The notes under the pieces were generated by a model. That model ran no database searches. It saw only the letters and a program-made list of their open reading frames with translations, and had not been told where the DNA came from. 64,000 nucleotides of DNA from the human T2T-CHM13v2.0 reference genome, Homo sapiens: the NCBI RefSeq assembly GCF_009914755.1, contig NC_060932.1; one strand, given 5' to 3'. Positions 58,605 through 64,000 of this stretch are shown piece by piece. Within the stretch, counting starts at the first letter, position 1; each line of letters begins with the position of its first letter. The position numbers and the translations under genes are program-made.

Positions 58605-59457
58605 GAGGGGTAGGGCTGGAAGATAATATCCAAGAGCAAAGAGAAAGTCATAAATAAGCCATTACATTAATAATGATTTTTCTTTCTCTGGAAGAAATGA
58701 CAGCAGAGAGATTTGAGGGTTTCCGGAACTTACGGTGCTGTCAATAAAGAGCCATAAGTATACAACTGGGGTCTGGCTGTATTTATCTAATATACTATAC
58801 TGGAAAGGCTAATGATGGAGAATTACAGATGTTTCTAATATTTAGGTGTTTTATTATCACCAGCAGTACATCTCTAAATCAAATAAAATGAAATTTCATA
58901 ACCCAAGGGTGGACCATTTTTTATTTGTCGCAAAACTAAAAAACAACAACACTAATTATTACCTAGCCTTAATATTGCCCTCTGTTTTCTCAAAATGTGA
59001 AATTCTCATATGAATTATCTTTGCTTAGCCACACAACTTTTCTGTGAATTGAGGTCATGCCCTGGTGCTTCTTTACTCAACTAATGTTTATGGAAAAACA
59101 CGAAGGTTAGCCATTGTATTCTTCATGTAAAAAACTTCATTCTTCATGTAAAAAACTCACTGTCCAGTAGGGGAGATAAGACTTCTGGAGAAATTACTGC
59201 AACAACAAGAAATAGAGCAGAGCAGGTGCCTTAGGGGTCCCAGGAGAGGGGAGTCACTTTTGGTTGGAGGGATCAGAGACGTTCCTATGAAGAAAGTGGC
59301 ATCTCAGCTGAGTTTTAAAAGTGAACTTGGGTTTTGACATGAGTATGTGGGAAGAAAAGGATTTCAAAGACAGAAAATTAATTCTAAGAGCACTGAGCAA
59401 ATAAGCTCAGGGTATGTATTAGTCAGGGTTCTCCAGTGAAACAGAACCAATAGAGTA

Positions 59458-59827
59458 TGTATTCATCTGTTCTTATACTGCTAATAAAGACATACCCGAG
59501 ACTGGGTAATTTATAAAGGAAAGAGGTTTAATGGATTCACAGTTCTACATTGCTGGGGAGGTCTCACAATCATGGCAGAAGACAAAGGAAGAGCATAGAA
59601 ATATCTTACATGGCAGCAGGCAAAGAGAGAATGAGAGTCAAGTGAAAGAGGAAACCGCTTATAAAACCATCAGATGTCATGACTTATTCACTACCACAGG
59701 AACAGTATGGGGGAAACTGCTCCCATGATTCAATTATCTCCCAGCAGGTCCCTCCCACAACATGTGGGAATTATGGGAGCTTCAATTCAAGATGAGATTT
59801 GGGTGGGGACAGAGCCAAACCATATCA
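59458..59827 (-). mobile_element. THE1 solo LTR with perfect 5-bp TSD
   Basis: tgtattcatctgttcttatactgctaataaagacatacccgagactggg...gccaaaccatatca; gagta on both sides. Confidence 0.92.
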
Positions 59828-60220
59828 GAGTATATACTCATTCTATATATATAGAATGATTTTTTATAAGGAATTGGCTCATATGACTATGAAAGTAGAA
59901 AAGTCTCACAATCTGCTGTGTGCAAGCTGGAGACCCAGGAATGTTGGTAAAGGAAATTCCAGTCCAAGCTTGCAGGCCTAAGAACCTGGGGAGCTGTTGG
60001 TGTAATCCTCCATCTAAGAGCAAGAGAAGACCAATGACCTAGCTTAAGTAGTTGGGCAGAGAGAAAGAATTCATCTTCCTCTGACTTTTTGTTCAGAGCC
60101 CTCAAAGGTTGAATGATCCTAACACTGGGGGAAGGCAATTCACTTTACTCAGCTCACCAACTCAAACAAATCTCTTCCAGAAACATCCTTACAGACACAT
60201 CCAGAAATAATGTTTAACCA

Positions 60221-60525
<305 letters not shown>

Positions 60526-60973
60526 TTAACCAGATATCTGGGCATCCTCTGTCCCAGTCACATTGACACATAAAATTAACCATCACAGGTTATATCCCAT
60601 TTATGGTGGGCTATGTGGTGTTGTGCTCATGTAAGATCCATGCAAAGGAGTAGGGGAGATGAGATTAGAGGTGAAAGAATGCAGGGTCTTAAATGCCAGA
60701 TCAAGGATTGAGAGTTTATTCAGTAGATGATGGGGACACATCGGAGTTTTGAGCAAAGGCATAATATAATCTAGATATTTACTTTTATCACATTCATGAA
60801 TAGCTAATGACAAAGGAAGGATAATTGATCATAAAAGGGAAGAGAATAAAAGCAGCAAAATTACTCAAGACGTATAATAGTGCAAGAATTGAGGGACCAA
60901 AGCAAGAATCAAGGAGGCACCTGTGGGAACCATAAGGCAGAGTTGCAAATAAAGTGGGGACAAAATGTAAAAT

Positions 60974-61325
60974 AGTCATGCATCACTTAACAATGGAGAT
61001 ACATTCTGAGAAATGCATCATTAGGCGATTTTGCAGTACTGCACACATCACAGAGTGTACTTACAGAAACCTAGATCATATGTGTGTGTGTGTGTATATA
61101 TATATATGTATATGTGTGTATATATATATGTATATATATATATATGAAAAACAAATTTCCCAGCAGCATTGCTGAATATCAATAATTTCCCCTACTTAAT
61201 CTGCAATGCCAGTATCAAATGCCACATATCAGGCTTCTGCATATGCTCCATTATAATTTTATGGGACCACCATCGTATTTGTGGTCTGTCATGACCAAAA
61301 CATCATTATGCAGCACATGACTGTA
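60974..61325. mobile_element. Tigger3/Golem-like MITE containing a (TG)n(TA)n microsatellite
   Basis: agtcatgcatcacttaacaatggagatacattctgagaaatgcatcattaggcgatttt...catcattatgcagcacatgactgta. Confidence 0.8.
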
Positions 61326-61723
61326 AGTGATTGAATGAAGTTTAGGTTTTTAGAAGAGTGTTCGTACCATTGACCAAAATAAAAAAAATCAGGAAGAGAC
61401 TTTTGCTTCTGGGTTAGGGAGGAAAAATAATGAATATAGAAATAGATATGTTGAGCTTGTACTTCTATAAGTAAAATCATATAGAAATGTTGACGGCAGC
61501 AGGAGAAGTAGAACTTGCGCTTCAGAGAAAGAAACAAATTGAGATGTTGTATCAGTAAACATAGATTAGCTTATGCTACAATAATAAGCTACATGAACAT
61601 CTTGGTGACTTGAAACAATGCTGCTTATTTGTAACTCATGCTTCATGTTCATTGTGGTTCATCAGGGGCACTGTGTCCATCCTAGTTACTCAGGAGCTCC
61701 ATTTAATAGAGGCTCTGTCTCGA

Positions 61724-64000
61724 TGTTACCAAAATGCCAGGGGTTCAGTCTAGGTCCTGTTGCTTGCTGCACGGACGGAATCCCAATCACTGAGGCAATG
61801 AGTACTGACAGGGAAGCGGGCTTTAATCAGGTGCTGCAGCCAAGGAGAATGGGAGATAAGGTCTCAAAGCCATCTCCTTGACCGACTAAAATCGGGAGGT
61901 GTATATAGCAGGGAAGCAGGGAGGTGGGAAAGCAGGAATTCATGGAGGTAAGGAAGCAATCATGATTGATGAGTGGTCTGGAATATTGTTGTTCAGATGA
62001 AATGATCCGGTGAGTTTTAGTTTCTTGCCTGAGAGTAGATTTCCTGAGGAAGGAACTCAAATGAGACAAATGTAAGTTTCAAGTTTTAAGGCTAGGGAGG
62101 GTCAGTTTCTATGTTTATTCAAACAACTGTAAATGTTAGTTCTATGGGACAACAGGGATGACTTCAGTCCCCCTTTTCTATAGATCAGTTCCTCAGTCAT
62201 GGGGAATCTGGTCATCGATCTTTCTGGCTGCTTCATGCTGAGGAGGGATGTTGTGGGATCATGAAGAGGCTTGGAAATGTTGCCCCTGTGGTTGGAATCA
62301 GTCAGGGGTACTTTTATTTTGGTTTTAGAGCAACATTTTACACCACATTGACTAAGATAATAAATTACATAGATAACCCAAATTTAGATAATACCAAAGA
62401 ATATGGAGTTGATCCCTTGGGGAAGCCAAGAGAATGTTCCTGAAAGCCGCATGTTCACTTTATGATTTCTTATCTAGCGTCTTTGTCTGGGCTTTGAATG
62501 CTAACTTAAGGCCCTCCCAAGGTTCACAAGACCATGACTGTTTTCCCTGGAGGGATCCCAAAGGGACTGGTTTTACTCAAGTCTGGTGAATCCAAGTCTC
62601 AACACTGGTTAAGAACAGAAGGGTGGCTGGCCAGCAGCACCTCAGAAGGGCCGATCCATTGTGGTTGCAGCTGGTCCTCCGCATGACTTGGTTCTCTGGT
62701 TTCAGTTTCAAAGAGTGAGGAGGCACATCCGTAGGGAACTGGAGCCTATTGGAAGTAAACTCAGAGAAAGTAGTTAATATATTTCCAAAGGGTAAAGTTA
62801 ATACCCTTACCATTATAAAGCCAGCCCCCACTGGTTTGCATAGGAAACATATCATCTGCTTCATCTGAGGTGCTCCACTTGACATTGATAAGTGGAGTTG
62901 AGCAGTTTCCCTTCTCAGGGTAAACAGATCTTACTGGCTTTAAGTATTCAGTAAGTAAACAGATATTAGTGGCTTTTATCTAGTCAACCAGGCTGGCTAT
63001 TGTCTTGGGAATAACCTCCTGTGTGCCTGTAATATATATATTTATCTGTGATTGTTCACTAGCGAGCGGTGGGTTCTGAGTCAACCAAAACAGGTTCTTC
63101 TACTTTGCAGCATTTAAAACCAAAGACATTGCTCTTCAGTTAGTTATTCTCACAACCCATTTTAGTAAAGGTTTCTGAGGAAGCTGATGGTACCAATCTA
63201 CAAAACAGAACTTATCCCTTTACATTATACCCTCCGGTTTCAATAATTACTTGATTTTGCCTTTCTCCAACATTGACTACCTTTTTGGAAACTGCGGGTC
63301 TCAGAGGTGCTTTTTGGTGCCCGGGCATAATTTTCCCTTTTGTGGGTAGCTTTGAGGCTAGTGGTCTGAATCCAAACAGTCTCACATCTGAGCTTGGTTT
63401 AGTTTGAAGCCCGAACTCCGCACTCTCTTACTTTCTTTGGAACTATTATAGATAACAATAACTAAGGAATTTAATTTTTTTTCCTCGTTAGTTCACATTT
63501 CCTTATGCATCCAGTGAGCCAGCTCCCCAGGAGCTTAATCCATCTGTAAATTCCATGGGTAACTTGTAGCTTTAATAACTGAAAGCAGCACAGCTGCAGC
63601 TCCATATGATGGGTGACCAGAGTGCCATCAAGAATCAAAGGTTAATTTAATAACAGGTGTACTCTAGTGTTTTTTTTTTTGAAACACAATTTTTCTTTTT
63701 CCCAACCCCCATTTCTACCAAAGACAAATCATAGTAGACCCAATTTATTTGCAAAATTGTTAGTCTTATTCTAGGTGGCCTGATTATTTGCATAAAATAC
63801 AGCAAGAATTATTGTTCTCATAGGTTCTTTTAAATTGGGCTTTGCTGGAACTTTTCATAAGGAATCTCAGATTTGAAATTAAAGACCTCTCAAGCCCGGC
63901 CAAGGATTTATCTGTGCCTGAAGATACTTGTATGAATTGGGTGAATTCCTCTCTTCTTGAGGTCCCAGAATAACTTGTGGTTTCTGGGCCTGTCAGAAAG
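61724..64000 (-). mobile_element. ERV1 (MER4-group/LOR1-like) provirus 3' end: 3' LTR 61724-62166 plus internal sequence running off the window
   Basis: LTR tgttacc...acttca is followed directly by gtcccccttttct, the reverse complement of a polypurine tract; MER4-int-like text follows (ccaatttatttgcaaa, gctggaacttttcataaggaatctcagatt). Confidence 0.75.

Overview
Primate (human-like) genomic DNA carrying the 3' end of RIMS2 on the + strand. A CpG-island internal promoter and first exon (ATG 13177, donor after 13318) splices to five downstream exons (34435-34576, 38227-38339, 39038-39139, 40569-40708, 41147-41365). These give an intact 858-nt CDS, the 285-aa RIM2-gamma isoform with a C2B domain. 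The five downstream exons are shared with RIM2-alpha/beta, whose earlier exons lie outside the window. A ~2.6-kb 3'UTR follows, with several AATAAA signals and Pumilio and miRNA-seed motifs. The rest is AT-rich intron or intergenic DNA with about 16 Alus, L1, L2, MIR, MaLR/ERVL LTRs, hAT/Tigger DNA elements and the 3' end of a minus-strand ERV1 provirus. The main unexplained signal is a set of four minus-strand exon-like segments (58.8-50.5 kb) with canonical splice sites. Joined, they read as a nearly open frame, suggesting a decayed (unitary pseudo)gene convergent with RIMS2. Other signals are a second consensus donor near the gamma promoter, inverted Alus flanking a 255-nt frame-closed exon pair, and a fold-back plus tandem-duplication scar at 44.7-44.9 kb. 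Repeat subfamily names come from recalled consensus sequences, not from a search.
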